Source: Thermoplasmata archaeon (GTDB taxonomy: Archaea; Thermoplasmatota; Thermoplasmata; Lutacidiplasmatales; UBA184). From it: a DNA stretch of 64,000 nucleotides. Shown here one piece after another: positions 29,318-39,807 of this stretch. The translations under genes and the position numbers were made by a program. The stretch lies in the NCBI GenBank assembly GCA_021826685.1, contig JAKAYT010000002.1, forward strand, positions 27,123 to 91,122, written 5' to 3'. The notes below the pieces were generated by a model. It was given only the letters and a program-made list of their open reading frames with translations, made no database searches and had not been told where the DNA came from. Every line of letters begins with the position of its first letter. The first letter of the stretch is position 1.

Positions 29318-29898
29318 TGGCGGACGAGACCGCGAAGGAGCCCACGACCGAGAGCCCTCCCCCCGCGGCGGAGACCGCCCCCGTCCCGGCGCCGAAGCGC
29401 CGGCGCTCGGTGAAGGCGGCCAAGCCGTCCGAACCGGCGTCCCCCGAGGTCGTGACCGCGAAGGAGCTACGCGCGCCCAAGCGCGCCGCGCTCGACCCGG
29501 CGACCGCGCGGGCGCTCCTCCTGCGACGCGAGGCCGATCGGCACCGGCCGCTCTTCGTGCGCCAGGCTGCGCACCGCTACGCGCGCATCGGTCGCGAGGA
29601 GTCCTGGCGGCGGCCGCGGGGCCTTCAGTCGAAGCAGCGTCGCCATTACGGGTACCGTTCCGTGGTCGTCCGCATCGGCTATCGATCTCCGGCCCGCGCC
29701 CGGGGACTCGTGCCGAGCGGGTTCCGACCCGTGATCGTTCGCACGCCCCAGGAGCTCGCACGGATCGACGCCCAGAAGGAAGCGGTGATCATCGCCCGCA
29801 CCGTCGGTACGCGACGCCGACTCGCGCTCGAGGAAGCGGCGCGCCGGCTCGGACTTCATCTGCTCAACCCGATCGCGACGCCCGAGTCGGAGGAGTGA
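29317..29898 (+). CDS. rpl32e: 50S ribosomal protein L32e with N-terminal extension
   Basis: PLFVRQ, WRRPRGLQSKQR, IGYRSP, GLVPSG. Confidence 0.95.
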   Translation: MADETAKEPTTESPPPAAETAPVPAPKRRRSVKAAKPSEPASPEVVTAKELRAPKRAALDPATARALLLRREADRHRPLFVRQAAHRYARIGREESWRRPRGLQSKQRRHYGYRSVVVRIGYRSPARARGLVPSGFRPVIVRTPQELARIDAQKEAVIIARTVGTRRRLALEEAARRLGLHLLNPIATPESEE

Positions 29899-29903
29899 GC
29901 CCG

Positions 29904-30368
29904 ATGCCGGATCTCTCCAACCAACGCCGCCTGGCGTCCCTGATCTTGAAGTGCGGCGAGAACCGGGTCTGGATCGACGGCCAGCGTCAGGACGAGATCG
30001 TCGACGCCGTCACTCGCCAGGATATCCGCACGCTGATCAAGAGCGGCGCGATCCGGCGACGGAGCATCCTAGGAACGAGTCGCGTGCGCGCGCGTCGGCA
30101 CGCCGCCGAGGTCGCGAAGGGCCGCCACGCGGGGCCCGGTTCCCGGCGAGGCACTCCGGCCAGCCGCGTCAGCGGGAAATCGCGCTGGATGCACCGTATC
30201 CGCGCGCAGCGCGAACTCCTGCGCACCCTGCGCGACGAAGGGAAAATCCCGCCCGGCGCGTACCGACGCTTTTACCGCCAAGCGAAGGGAGGCATGTTCC
30301 GCAGCCGGGCTCACCTCTTGCTGAACCTCCGGCTCGCCGGTGTCCTGCCGGCGGGGAGCCCCCCATGA
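29904..30368 (+). CDS. rpl19e: 50S ribosomal protein L19e
   Basis: [35 protein letters not shown]. Confidence 0.96.
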   Translation: MPDLSNQRRLASLILKCGENRVWIDGQRQDEIVDAVTRQDIRTLIKSGAIRRRSILGTSRVRARRHAAEVAKGRHAGPGSRRGTPASRVSGKSRWMHRIRAQRELLRTLRDEGKIPPGAYRRFYRQAKGGMFRSRAHLLLNLRLAGVLPAGSPP

Positions 30369-30889
30369 GCATCGGCCCGCGCTACCGTGTACCGTTCCGT
30401 CGCCGGCGGGAGGGCCGTACGGACTATCGCGTGCGCCTGAAGCTCTTGAAGGGCGGCACGACCCGGGCGGTCGTGCGGTTTTCCCACCACCGTGTGGAGG
30501 TCGCGCTTGTCGATTATGCCGCCGAAGGCGACCGGGTGGTCGCCCAGGCCACGAGCTCCGAACTCGCGCGCCTCGGGTTCCCGCCCACGAGCGGAGCGTC
30601 GACCCCGGCGGCCTATCTGACGGGTTATCTTGCGGGCCTTCGCGCGAAGTCCCAAGGGAGCTCCGAGGCAATCCTCGACCTGGGCCTGCGTCGCCCCACT
30701 CCCGGGGGACGGGCGCTGGCATCGCTCAAGGGCTTGTTGGATGCCGGGATCGAAATCCCCCACGGGGAGACGAGATTCCCCGAGGCGGACCGGTTGAACG
30801 GCACGCATCTTCCCCAGCATCTCCCAGAACCTATCGAAATCTACAAGGGCAAGCTCCCGACGATCGTCGCCCGGGAGGGCAAGAAGTGA
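30365..30889 (+). CDS. rpl18: 50S ribosomal protein L18 (uL18)
   Basis: [33 protein letters not shown]. Confidence 0.97.
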   Translation: MSIGPRYRVPFRRRREGRTDYRVRLKLLKGGTTRAVVRFSHHRVEVALVDYAAEGDRVVAQATSSELARLGFPPTSGASTPAAYLTGYLAGLRAKSQGSSEAILDLGLRRPTPGGRALASLKGLLDAGIEIPHGETRFPEADRLNGTHLPQHLPEPIEIYKGKLPTIVAREGKK

Positions 30890-31776
30890 CCGCGGCCGCC
30901 CTGCCCAGCGCACCTTCCTCCGCGACGGGGGGCCGGCCCTCCCAGCCGGCACCGCCGCCCTGGATCCCGAAGACCGAGCTCGGCCGGCGCGTGGCCGCGG
31001 GCGAGCTCACCACGATAGGCGAGGTCCTGGCGACCGGTCTTCCGCTCCGCGAGCCCCAGATCGTCGACAAGCTCCTGCCGGGCCTACACGACGAGGTCCT
31101 CGACGTGAACATGGTCCAGCGGATGACCGACTCCGGTCGTCGGTTCAAGTTCGCGGTGACGGTCGTGGTCGGAAACGGCGACGGGTACGTCGGGCTCGGA
31201 CGCGCGAAGGGACGGGAAGTCGGACCCACGATCCGGCGCGCCATCGATCGCGCCAAGCTCGGAATCGTGGAGATCCTCCGCGGATGCGGGAGCTGGGAGT
31301 GCGGCTGCGGACGCTCGCACACTCTGCCGTTCCAGGTGCACGCCCGATCGGGTTCGGTCGTCGTCACGCTCAAGCCCGCGCCCCGCGGAGTCGGCCTCGC
31401 GGTCGGCGATGTGGTCAAACCGATCCTTCGATTCGCCGGCATCACCGATGCGTGGGGATACACGGACGGTCACACCAAGACGACCGTCAACTACGCGCAA
31501 GCGGCGTACCGTGCGCTCTCGGATCTCTCCCGGCTCAAGGTCCCCGACGCCGACGCGACGCGCCTGAAGATCGTCCGGGGCGGCACCGGCACGTCGATCC
31601 TGCCTCCGAAGGAGGATACTCCGCGTCCGACGCGAGGGGGTCCGGGCGGCCGCCGGGGCCCGTCCCGCGGTCGCGGGGGACCTCAGGGCCGCGGCGGGCC
31701 GGGCGCGCGCGGTGGGGGGCCCGGTCGACGGGGCCCGCCCCCGGCGGTACCGTCCGGCGGAGGAGGGGGCGGTTAG
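30886..31776 (+). CDS. rps5: 30S ribosomal protein S5 (uS5) with RGG-rich C-terminal tail
   Basis: [37 protein letters not shown]. Confidence 0.96.
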   Translation: MTAAALPSAPSSATGGRPSQPAPPPWIPKTELGRRVAAGELTTIGEVLATGLPLREPQIVDKLLPGLHDEVLDVNMVQRMTDSGRRFKFAVTVVVGNGDGYVGLGRAKGREVGPTIRRAIDRAKLGIVEILRGCGSWECGCGRSHTLPFQVHARSGSVVVTLKPAPRGVGLAVGDVVKPILRFAGITDAWGYTDGHTKTTVNYAQAAYRALSDLSRLKVPDADATRLKIVRGGTGTSILPPKEDTPRPTRGGPGGRRGPSRGRGGPQGRGGPGARGGGPGRRGPPPAVPSGGGGGG

Positions 31777-31779
31777 ATC

Positions 31780-32229
31780 ATGGCGTGGATCGTCATCCGG
31801 GTACGCGGAACGCTGCACGCACGCCGCGACATCACCGAGACCCTGCGCTACCTGCATCTCACGCGCCCGAACCACGCTACCGTGATCCCGGAGTCCCCGG
31901 ACTATCGCGGGATGCTCTACACGGTCCAGGGCTACGTCACATGGGGGGAGGCGGACCCCGAGACGGTGAGCTGGCTGTTGAAGGAACGCGGCATCGCAAC
32001 GGACGGAAGCCGGCTCGCTGCGTCGGAGAACGGACCGGCCCCGCCGCTGGACGAACTCGCCCGGACCGCGATCACCGATGGCCTCGACTCCGTACCGGGA
32101 GTGCGTCCGCTCTTCCGGTTGAAGGCTCCCAAGGGGGGCTGGCGTTCGACGAAGAAGCCGTTCCGACAGGGCGGAGCGCTCGGCTATCGGGGTCCCACCG
32201 TCAACGATCTCGCCCGCCGGATGGGCTAG
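31780..32229 (+). CDS. rpl30: 50S ribosomal protein L30 (uL30)
   Basis: IRVRG, YRGML, YVTWGE, FRLKAPKGG, LGYRG. Confidence 0.96.
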   Translation: MAWIVIRVRGTLHARRDITETLRYLHLTRPNHATVIPESPDYRGMLYTVQGYVTWGEADPETVSWLLKERGIATDGSRLAASENGPAPPLDELARTAITDGLDSVPGVRPLFRLKAPKGGWRSTKKPFRQGGALGYRGPTVNDLARRMG

Positions 32230-32241
32230 GGAGAAGAACAC

Positions 32242-32676
32242 ATGCCGAGTCGCACGCGAAAGTTCCGGGGGCTGCGCACGCACGGCCGCGGCATCAAGGC
32301 CGGCCGGGGCGCGGGAAAGCAGGGGGGTCGGGGGAACGCCGGCCTCCACAAGTACAAGTTCAAGTCGATGCTGATCTACGCCCCCGACCATTTCGGTCGG
32401 CATGGGTTCAAGCGGCCCCCCGAGATCGTCGAGCACCCGAAGACGCTCAACGTCGGCGATCTCGATAGCTTCGTTCCCATCCTCGAGGCCGCGGGAGCGC
32501 TCGAGCGCGACGGGGAGACGTACATCGCGGACCTCGCGAAGGCCGGCGTCGATCGGCTCCTCGGAAAGGGCTCGGCCGGGCGGGCGTGGAAGGTGTACGT
32601 CCTCCACGCTACGAAGCACGCCGCAGAGAAGGTGACCGTGCTTGCCGAGCGGCCGGCAGCGACCACCCCCCCGTAG
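32242..32676 (+). CDS. rpl15: 50S ribosomal protein L15 (uL15)
   Basis: RGLRTHGRG, GGRGNAG, FGRHGF, LLGKG. Confidence 0.96.
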   Translation: MPSRTRKFRGLRTHGRGIKAGRGAGKQGGRGNAGLHKYKFKSMLIYAPDHFGRHGFKRPPEIVEHPKTLNVGDLDSFVPILEAAGALERDGETYIADLAKAGVDRLLGKGSAGRAWKVYVLHATKHAAEKVTVLAERPAATTPP

Positions 32677-32712
32677 GGTATATTACGGACCCTTTCGCTG
32701 CGAGCGTTCTCG

Positions 32713-34461
32713 ATGGTGGACGAGGAGATCCCGCGCGATGTCCGCTGGGCGATCCCCCTCGGGTTGATCGGCGTAGCCATCGTTGCGCTGTACTGGTACT
32801 GGGACCACCCGACGTCTCTCGGCCTCGGCTTCCTGGGAGCGGGCATCGCCGCGGTCATGGTCCTCCTCTATCTCGGACTCTCGTACTCCGGCCCCAAGTC
32901 CCGGCTCTACGGGCTCAAACCGTTGTCCAGCCGCCTGCCCGCCATTTCCCAGCCGAAGGGCCACGTGCACTTCCGCACGAAGATGTTCTGGACGATCCTG
33001 GTCGTCCTCACCTACTTCCTCCTGACGAACATCTACCTCTTCGGCGTGGACCAAGCGACGATCATCGACCTGTTTGCCAGCTACCGCGCGATCCTCGCGG
33101 GAGCTCAGGGCACGATCATGGATCTCGGGATCGGGCCGATCGTCACGGCCTCGATCATCATGCAGTTGTTCGTCGGAGCCAAGATCATCAACCTCGACCT
33201 CACCGACGACGAAGACAAGGGGACCTACCAGGGCTCACAGAAGGTCTTGGTCCTCGTGATGATCTTCATCGAGTCGATCCCCCAGGTCTTTGGGTACATC
33301 ACGCCGGGAGCGGGTCTGGTCGCGAGCTTGGGTACGCTCTCTCCGGGGAACGGCATCCTGCTCGCGAACACGATCATCGTCGCCCAGCTGGTGTTCGGCT
33401 GTTATCTCGTCTTCCTCATGGACGAGGTCGTCTCGAAGTGGGGAATCGGCAGCGGCATCTCCCTGTTCATCGCGGCGGGGGTGAGCCAGCAACTCGTCCA
33501 GGGCACGCTCAGCTGGTTACCCCAGACCACCGGCGGCCCACCGGCCGGCGCGATCCCCAAGACGATCTACTACCTCACCACGCTCAACGCGGGCAATCTC
33601 GCGAGCGGGGGGTGGACGGACATCCTCCTGGCGCAACCGAACCCGCTCACGGCGCTGATCGGCACCGCGCTCATCTTCTTCCTCGTCGCGTGGACGGAAT
33701 CGACTCGGATCGAACTTCCTCTCTCGCATGCCGAAGCGCGCGGAGCCCGCGGCCGCTACCCGTTGCGCCTGATCTACGCGAGCAACATCCCCGTCATCCT
33801 GATGACGGCGCTCCTCGCGAACGTCAGCGTCGTCACGATCCTCCTGTACACGAACCCGACGCTCGCGCACTTCCCGTTGGTCGGCGGCCAGTGGTGGATC
33901 GGCGCCTACCCGAGCTCCGCCCAGGCGACCGCGCTGAACGTCTCGGCGACGACCCCGATCATGGGCGGGGCGTGGTATCTCCAGACGCCCAACGGTTTAG
34001 CGTCGTGGCTATTGCCGGCGATCAACTACTCGACGTACGGGAACGCGCTCCTCGGCCATAGCTGGTGGCAGGGGATCGTGCACGTCGGGGTCTTCTTCGG
34101 AGTGATGGTCGGCGGCTCGATCCTGTTCGCGAAATTCTGGATCCAGACGACGAACATGGGCCCCGAGGCGGTCGCGCGCCAGATCGAGGCGTCCGGCATG
34201 CAGATCCCGGGCTTCCGCAGAGAACCCCGGGTGTTACGACGCGTCCTGGAACGCTACATCCCCGTCATCACGGTGATCAGCGGCGCCGCCGTCGGCGCGC
34301 TCGCAGCGGGTGCCGATCTCATTGGCACCGTCGGCGATGCGAGCGGGACCGGCGTGCTGCTGCTCGTGGGGATTATCATAAATCTGTACGAGGCGATGGG
34401 CCGGGAGCAGCTCATGGAGATGAACCCGGTACTGCGGCGGTTCCTGGGCGGGGAGGCCTAG
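32713..34461 (+). CDS. secY: preprotein translocase subunit SecY
   Basis: LGIGPIVTASII, DEVVSKWGIGSGISLFI, YASNIP, IPGFR, SGTGVLL; TATATTA at 32679 suggests own promoter. Confidence 0.97.
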   Translation: MVDEEIPRDVRWAIPLGLIGVAIVALYWYWDHPTSLGLGFLGAGIAAVMVLLYLGLSYSGPKSRLYGLKPLSSRLPAISQPKGHVHFRTKMFWTILVVLTYFLLTNIYLFGVDQATIIDLFASYRAILAGAQGTIMDLGIGPIVTASIIMQLFVGAKIINLDLTDDEDKGTYQGSQKVLVLVMIFIESIPQVFGYITPGAGLVASLGTLSPGNGILLANTIIVAQLVFGCYLVFLMDEVVSKWGIGSGISLFIAAGVSQQLVQGTLSWLPQTTGGPPAGAIPKTIYYLTTLNAGNLASGGWTDILLAQPNPLTALIGTALIFFLVAWTESTRIELPLSHAEARGARGRYPLRLIYASNIPVILMTALLANVSVVTILLYTNPTLAHFPLVGGQWWIGAYPSSAQATALNVSATTPIMGGAWYLQTPNGLASWLLPAINYSTYGNALLGHSWWQGIVHVGVFFGVMVGGSILFAKFWIQTTNMGPEAVARQIEASGMQIPGFRREPRVLRRVLERYIPVITVISGAAVGALAAGADLIGTVGDASGTGVLLLVGIIINLYEAMGREQLMEMNPVLRRFLGGEA

Positions 34462-34464
34462 ACC

Positions 34465-35238
34465 ATGGCGTCCGACGCCACGGCTCCTCTGCCCAGCGCG
34501 GCCGGCAGCTCTGCCGCCCCGGCGCCCGCCCCCCGGGGGAACGCGCGGCCGGCGGCCTCGTTCAAGTTCTCCACGTTCGTGATCATCTTCCTGGGGATGC
34601 TCGGGCTCCTGATGCTCATCGACAGCGGCACCCGGAACGCGATCACGAACTGGATGGGCAACTATCACAATCCTTCGGGCTGGCTCTACGTGGCGATCGG
34701 GTTCAACTCGAGCTACCTGCTCGTCACGATGGCGCTCGCCGGCGCGATCGAGATGATCATCACGGCGCTCGCCTACAACTATACGACGGACTGGATCAAG
34801 GCCGCGAAGGTCCAGAAGTGGTCGAGCGCGTTCCGCAAGGTGCAGATGGCGGCGTTCCGGTCGGGTAAGAAGGATCGCATCGACGAGCTCAAGCCGTTCC
34901 AGCAGCGCCTCACCCGCATGTCGAGCGAGGTCTCGATCGCTCAGTTCAAAGGGATGGCGATCACCTACTTCATGCTCATCGTGATCTACTCCTGGGTCGG
35001 GGGAGTGATCGGGGCCGCTCCCAACGCGGTCGTCCACCTGACCAGCACGACCACGCTCAATCTGAACAGCACGGTCCTGGGCTACTTCCCCTACTGGTTC
35101 TTCCTGTTCAGCCTCTACACCGTTCCGCTCTCGTTCGTCTTCCGGCGCTTCCTCAAGCACTGGTGGCTCGCGCGGTACGAGGAAGAGCACCTTCGGACCG
35201 GGGACGCCGCCGGCACGACGCCCTCCTCCCCGTCCTAG
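34465..35238 (+). CDS. DUF106 / EMC3-TMCO1 (Oxa1 superfamily) membrane protein
   Basis: TM + coiled coil + QFKGMAITY + PYWFFLFSLY; conserved post-secY position. Confidence 0.85.
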   Translation: MASDATAPLPSAAGSSAAPAPAPRGNARPAASFKFSTFVIIFLGMLGLLMLIDSGTRNAITNWMGNYHNPSGWLYVAIGFNSSYLLVTMALAGAIEMIITALAYNYTTDWIKAAKVQKWSSAFRKVQMAAFRSGKKDRIDELKPFQQRLTRMSSEVSIAQFKGMAITYFMLIVIYSWVGGVIGAAPNAVVHLTSTTTLNLNSTVLGYFPYWFFLFSLYTVPLSFVFRRFLKHWWLARYEEEHLRTGDAAGTTPSSPS

Positions 35239-35251
35239 GCGAGGAGAGCTC

Positions 35252-35791
35252 GTGGCCCTCCCGGTATTGGCGGTCGGGGGACCGCCGGGCAGCGGCAAGT
35301 CCACGGCCGGCCGGGCGGTCGCCGGTGCGCGCCAGCTGACCTATCGCGCCGCCGGCGACCTGTTCCGGGCCGAGGCGGCGCGCCGAGGGATGGACCTCGA
35401 GACCTTCAGCCACTACGCCGAAGCGCATCCGGAGGTCGACCGGGCGATCGACGAAGAGATGGCGACGCTCGCTCGACCCGGCGTCGTGTTGGACGGGCGG
35501 ATCCAAGGTACCCTCTTGCGGCGCCGGCAGGTCCCGGTCATCGCGATCCTCATCACCGCGGGCGAAGAGGTGCGCGCGCGTCGCGTGGCGGATCGGGACC
35601 ACCAGACCCTGGACGAGGCCCGCCGTCGGATCCGCGAACGCGCTCAGAGCGAGCGGGACCGTTACCGACAGCTCTACGACATCGATCTCGACGCGGAGAC
35701 CGGGGATCTCGCGATCGATTCCTCCCACCTCGCTCCCGATCAGGTGCGTGACCAGATCCTGGCGTTCCTCGCGGTGCGGCAGGGGGCCTAA
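35252..35791 (+). CDS. cmk: cytidylate kinase
   Basis: GPPGSGKST, GDLFR, LDGR, RYRQLYDID. Confidence 0.92.
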   Translation: MALPVLAVGGPPGSGKSTAGRAVAGARQLTYRAAGDLFRAEAARRGMDLETFSHYAEAHPEVDRAIDEEMATLARPGVVLDGRIQGTLLRRRQVPVIAILITAGEEVRARRVADRDHQTLDEARRRIRERAQSERDRYRQLYDIDLDAETGDLAIDSSHLAPDQVRDQILAFLAVRQGA

Positions 35792-35795
35792 CCCC

Positions 35796-36746
35796 GTGGG
35801 GACAACCCCCGTCGCGGACGAGAGGGTCCGCGAACGGATCGCGGCCGGCGCGTTCGTCCTCGTCGACAAGCCGAGGGGTCCGTCCTCCCACCAGGTGACC
35901 GCTTGGGTTCGGGACCTGATAGGGGTCCCGCGGGCGGGTCACGCGGGAACGCTGGACCCGAATGTCTCGGGGCTCCTATGGATTGGGGTCGGTCCCGGCT
36001 TGAAGCTCCTACCGATGCTGCTCGAGCTGCCGAAGCGCTATGTCGGAGTACTCGAGTTCCATGGCGAGGTTGCGCCTCGGGAGCTGGCCCGCGTCATCGC
36101 GGAGTTCACCGGCCCGATCTACCAGACCCCGCCCGTCCGCTCGGCCGTCCGAAGAGAGCGCCGCGTTCGACGGATCCATCACCTCGCCGTGATCGAGACC
36201 CAAGGTCCCTCGGTGCTGTTCGACGTCCGAGCGGACTCGGGCACGTACATCCGCACGCTCGCCGTCGATCTCGGCGACGCGCTCGGCGTCGGAGCGCATA
36301 TGGTCGAGCTGCGACGGATCGGAACCGGGCCTTTCACGGAGAAGGACGCGGTCTCCCTCTCCGAGCTCGCCGACGCTCGGGTCCTGGCCGACCAGGGCGA
36401 CGCCTCCCGCCTGCTCGGCCTGCTCCACCCCATCTCCGAGGTCTGGAAGGAGTTCCCCCAAGTCGTGCTCCGGGAAGGAGCCGCGGGAGCCGTCGCGCAC
36501 GGTGCGAACCTCGCGCGGGGGGGGATCGCGTCGATCTCCCGCCCGTTCTCGCGGGAGGCGAAGGTCGCTCTCGTCGACGCTTCCGGCGCCCTGGTGGCCA
36601 CGGGCACAGCTCTCTACGACTCCACGGAGGCGATGGAGGTCTCCCGCGGCTGGGTCATCGATTCCGACCGGGTCCTCGCGGATCCGGAGCTCTACCGGCT
36701 CGCGTGGCGCGAGCGTCGCGGCTCCAAGACACCGCTACAAAGTTAA
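35796..36746 (+). CDS. cbf5: pseudouridine synthase Cbf5
   Basis: DKPRGPSSHQV, GHAGTLDP, YQTPPVRSAV, GTYIRTL, PUA domain. Confidence 0.95.
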   Translation: MGTTPVADERVRERIAAGAFVLVDKPRGPSSHQVTAWVRDLIGVPRAGHAGTLDPNVSGLLWIGVGPGLKLLPMLLELPKRYVGVLEFHGEVAPRELARVIAEFTGPIYQTPPVRSAVRRERRVRRIHHLAVIETQGPSVLFDVRADSGTYIRTLAVDLGDALGVGAHMVELRRIGTGPFTEKDAVSLSELADARVLADQGDASRLLGLLHPISEVWKEFPQVVLREGAAGAVAHGANLARGGIASISRPFSREAKVALVDASGALVATGTALYDSTEAMEVSRGWVIDSDRVLADPELYRLAWRERRGSKTPLQS

Positions 36747-36771
36747 GAGGATAAGTACCCGTCGAACGCCC

Positions 36772-39700
36772 GTGAAAGAGCCGCCGGAAAGAGGTTGGGG
36801 AGCGCGCGCGTTCGCCGCGTTGGGTCGCGCGACCGTCCGCCATCCGTGGCGGTTCATCGCCCTCTGGGTCGTACTGCTCGTCGTCACGCTTCCGTTCCTC
36901 GGCCACCTCAACGCGGTCGAGACGAACTCGACGACCACGCTCCCCGCGAACGCGCCGAGCTCGCTCGCGCAGGCAGAGTTCGACCGGCTGTTCCCCGGTG
37001 ATGTGAGCGCGGGATCGTCCAGCTACCTCCTGTTCACCGGCCCGAACCTTACCGACGCGAACGCGCAACGCACGATCCTCAACGTCACGAGAGCCCTCGC
37101 CGGCGACCCGTCGCTCACGGCCATCGCGTCGATCGACAGCGTCTACTCGAGGTACTCGACGTACCTTGCGGGACAGTTGATCCTCGGCGCGACGGGCCTG
37201 CAGCAGGCGATCGCGCAGGGAGTGCTGACCGAGATTAACCAGACCGCGATGGTCGCTTGGGGGGTCCCGGCCTACTTCCTGGGGACGTGGGAGGGGCTCA
37301 TTGAGGAGAACGTCTCCCCGTCGGATGCCAACGTCCTGGCCCACCGCGATGCCGAGGCCCACTTCGCGAACGAGACCCTTCCGCTCGCCGTCCTCGGCGC
37401 GTTCTACACGGGGGCCTCGCCGACCCCGACCGCCGGGTTCAACGGCACGGCGGACTGCGCGCAGTATGCTTCGAACTATCCTCGGGTCGAGAGCTGCGCC
37501 AACGCGGTCGCCCGCGCGAACGTGCCCGCGGTCATCGATCCCACGCTTCCGACCCCTTCCGGTCGCGCCCTCGCGAACGCCGTGTTCGACACCCTGGCCA
37601 TCGGCAACTTCACGAACGCGACGAGCCTCCGAACGACCCTCGCGGCGACCCTGAGCCCGATCCTCGGGTTCCCCGTCGCCTGGTTGCTATCGACCCTCAA
37701 CGAGTTCCCCACCTCGGTTCCGTCTGAGGGGGAGGCTCTGATCTCGGCCAACGCGACGGTCGCGGCGGCAACGCTTTGGACCGAGCCACTGCCCGTCCCG
37801 AACTCCATCTTGAGCTCCTACGTCGCTCGGAGCGGGACCGCCCAGATCGTCGATATCAGCTTCACCGTCCCCGACAGCTTTACGAACCGCACGGGCGGGA
37901 CGCCCGTCTACTCCGACATCGATGCGATGAACCGCCTCGTGCCCGGAATCGTCGCCCGGAGCGCCTATCCCGTGGACTCGATCGCGTTCGCCCAGACGGG
38001 GGCCGGCCCGCTCGATCTCGCCGAGAATAGCGTGGTCAACGAATCGATCGCGCTCGTGCTACCGATCACGATCGTGGTCCTTCTCGTGGTCACCGCCCTC
38101 TACTTCCGATCTCCTCTCACGCCGCTCATCGCGTTCGCGGGCCTCGCGATCGCGATCGTGCTCGCCCTCGGTGGAACGGTCCTCTTGGGGACCCTCGTGA
38201 CGCACGTCGATTCGACGAGCCTCACGCTCGAGGAGGTCTTCGTGCTCGGAGTCGGGACCGATTACTCGATCTTCCTCCTCTCACGGTACCGGGAGGAGCG
38301 GGTCGCCGGCGCCGACTCCAAGGAGGCGATCGTGACGAGCGTGACGTGGGCCGGTCAGAGCGTCGCGACGAGCGGCACCACGGCGGTCATCGCGACGCTC
38401 GCGCTCACCTTCAGCGGAGTCGCCTTGCTCAGCCAGTGGGGAATGGTGCTCTCTTTTGCGATCCTAATGACGATTCTCCTTTCCCTGACGATGATCCCGG
38501 CGATGCTCGCGATCGTCGGTCCCCGAGTCTTCTGGCCCATGACCGGGCCCCGGTTCGAGCGGCTCTCCGCCCGCCAACGGATGCGCAACGAGTCTCGGTC
38601 GACCTACTTCTACCGGGCCGCGGCCTATACGCGACGCCGACCCTACACGATGATCGCCATCCTCCTCCTCGTCTCGGTGCCTCTCATCTACGTCGCGCTC
38701 AACGTCCCGCTCTCCTACGACTTCTATCAACAGCTGCCGACCTCCCAGTTCGCGGTCGCCGGTCTCGCCACGATGAACCAGCACTTCGGAGCCGGCTTCG
38801 CATTCCCCACGACCGCGCTGGTCACGTTCTCCAGCCCGCTCCTCGTCGGCAACCTCACGAACGCGAGCGAGTTCGCCGAGCTCGCAGAACTGACGAGCTT
38901 AGCCCAGGCGACGCACGGCGTCGCGCGGGTCCAGTCGCTGGTCGGATCCTACGGGGCCCCGCTCGCCACGTGGCAGAACCTGTCGAGCCAACCGACTGCG
39001 ACGCAGGTCAATCTCGAGGCGCTCGCCTCGTCGCTCATCGGGAACGACCACCGGACGGTCCTCCTCTCATTCCAGACGAACGCGAGCGGCCTCTCCGCGA
39101 CGGCGCTGTCCGCACTGCACGGCGTCGAAGGATCGTTCTCCCGATACGCGGCGGACCATTCCAGCGTTACGAAGCTCGCCTACCTCGGCGGCGCGCCGAT
39201 TACGAACGATCTCGCCGCCCAGACGTCGATCGCCACGGAACGGCTGTTCATCGCGGTCGCGATCGCCCTCTTGGTCGTCCTCCTGGTCGTGCTCCGGTCG
39301 GCGGTGCTGCCGGTCCTGGCCGTCGCCACGATCGGGGTCTCGATCGCCTGGGCATGGGCTCTGACCTACCTCGTCCTCGGCCTCGGATTCGGGATTGGGA
39401 TATTCTTCTACGTCCCGACGCTGATGTTCATGCTGATCCTCGGGTTAGGGACGGACTACAACATCTTCCTGCTCACCCGCGTGCGCGAGGAGCGCATCAA
39501 GGGCCGCTCCTCGCGGGAGGCCGTTGCCGAAGCTCTCGCCCGGACGGGCGGGGTCATCACCGCCGCCGCCGTCATCCTCGCCGGCGCCTTCGCGAGCCTG
39601 ATGTTCGGCGACTTCTACCTCCTCGTCGCTATCGGCTTTTCGGTCGCGATCGCGGTACTGCTCGACGCGACGGTCGTGCGGACGTACTTCGTCCCGGCGG

Positions 39701-39807
39701 TCCTCCAGGCACTCCACGACCACGCATGGTGGCTCCCCGGGAATCGGGGGAACCTCGCGAAGAGTCCCCCGAACGACGGAGCCGATCCGCCGTCCGTTAC
39801 GCCGTGA
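36772..39807 (+). CDS. MMPL/RND family transporter
   Basis: Two TM repeats, GVGTDYSIFLLSRYREE and GLGTDYNIFLLTRVREE; large extracellular domains. Confidence 0.92.
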   Translation: MKEPPERGWGARAFAALGRATVRHPWRFIALWVVLLVVTLPFLGHLNAVETNSTTTLPANAPSSLAQAEFDRLFPGDVSAGSSSYLLFTGPNLTDANAQRTILNVTRALAGDPSLTAIASIDSVYSRYSTYLAGQLILGATGLQQAIAQGVLTEINQTAMVAWGVPAYFLGTWEGLIEENVSPSDANVLAHRDAEAHFANETLPLAVLGAFYTGASPTPTAGFNGTADCAQYASNYPRVESCANAVARANVPAVIDPTLPTPSGRALANAVFDTLAIGNFTNATSLRTTLAATLSPILGFPVAWLLSTLNEFPTSVPSEGEALISANATVAAATLWTEPLPVPNSILSSYVARSGTAQIVDISFTVPDSFTNRTGGTPVYSDIDAMNRLVPGIVARSAYPVDSIAFAQTGAGPLDLAENSVVNESIALVLPITIVVLLVVTALYFRSPLTPLIAFAGLAIAIVLALGGTVLLGTLVTHVDSTSLTLEEVFVLGVGTDYSIFLLSRYREERVAGADSKEAIVTSVTWAGQSVATSGTTAVIATLALTFSGVALLSQWGMVLSFAILMTILLSLTMIPAMLAIVGPRVFWPMTGPRFERLSARQRMRNESRSTYFYRAAAYTRRRPYTMIAILLLVSVPLIYVALNVPLSYDFYQQLPTSQFAVAGLATMNQHFGAGFAFPTTALVTFSSPLLVGNLTNASEFAELAELTSLAQATHGVARVQSLVGSYGAPLATWQNLSSQPTATQVNLEALASSLIGNDHRTVLLSFQTNASGLSATALSALHGVEGSFSRYAADHSSVTKLAYLGGAPITNDLAAQTSIATERLFIAVAIALLVVLLVVLRSAVLPVLAVATIGVSIAWAWALTYLVLGLGFGIGIFFYVPTLMFMLILGLGTDYNIFLLTRVREERIKGRSSREAVAEALARTGGVITAAAVILAGAFASLMFGDFYLLVAIGFSVAIAVLLDATVVRTYFVPAVLQALHDHAWWLPGNRGNLAKSPPNDGADPPSVTP

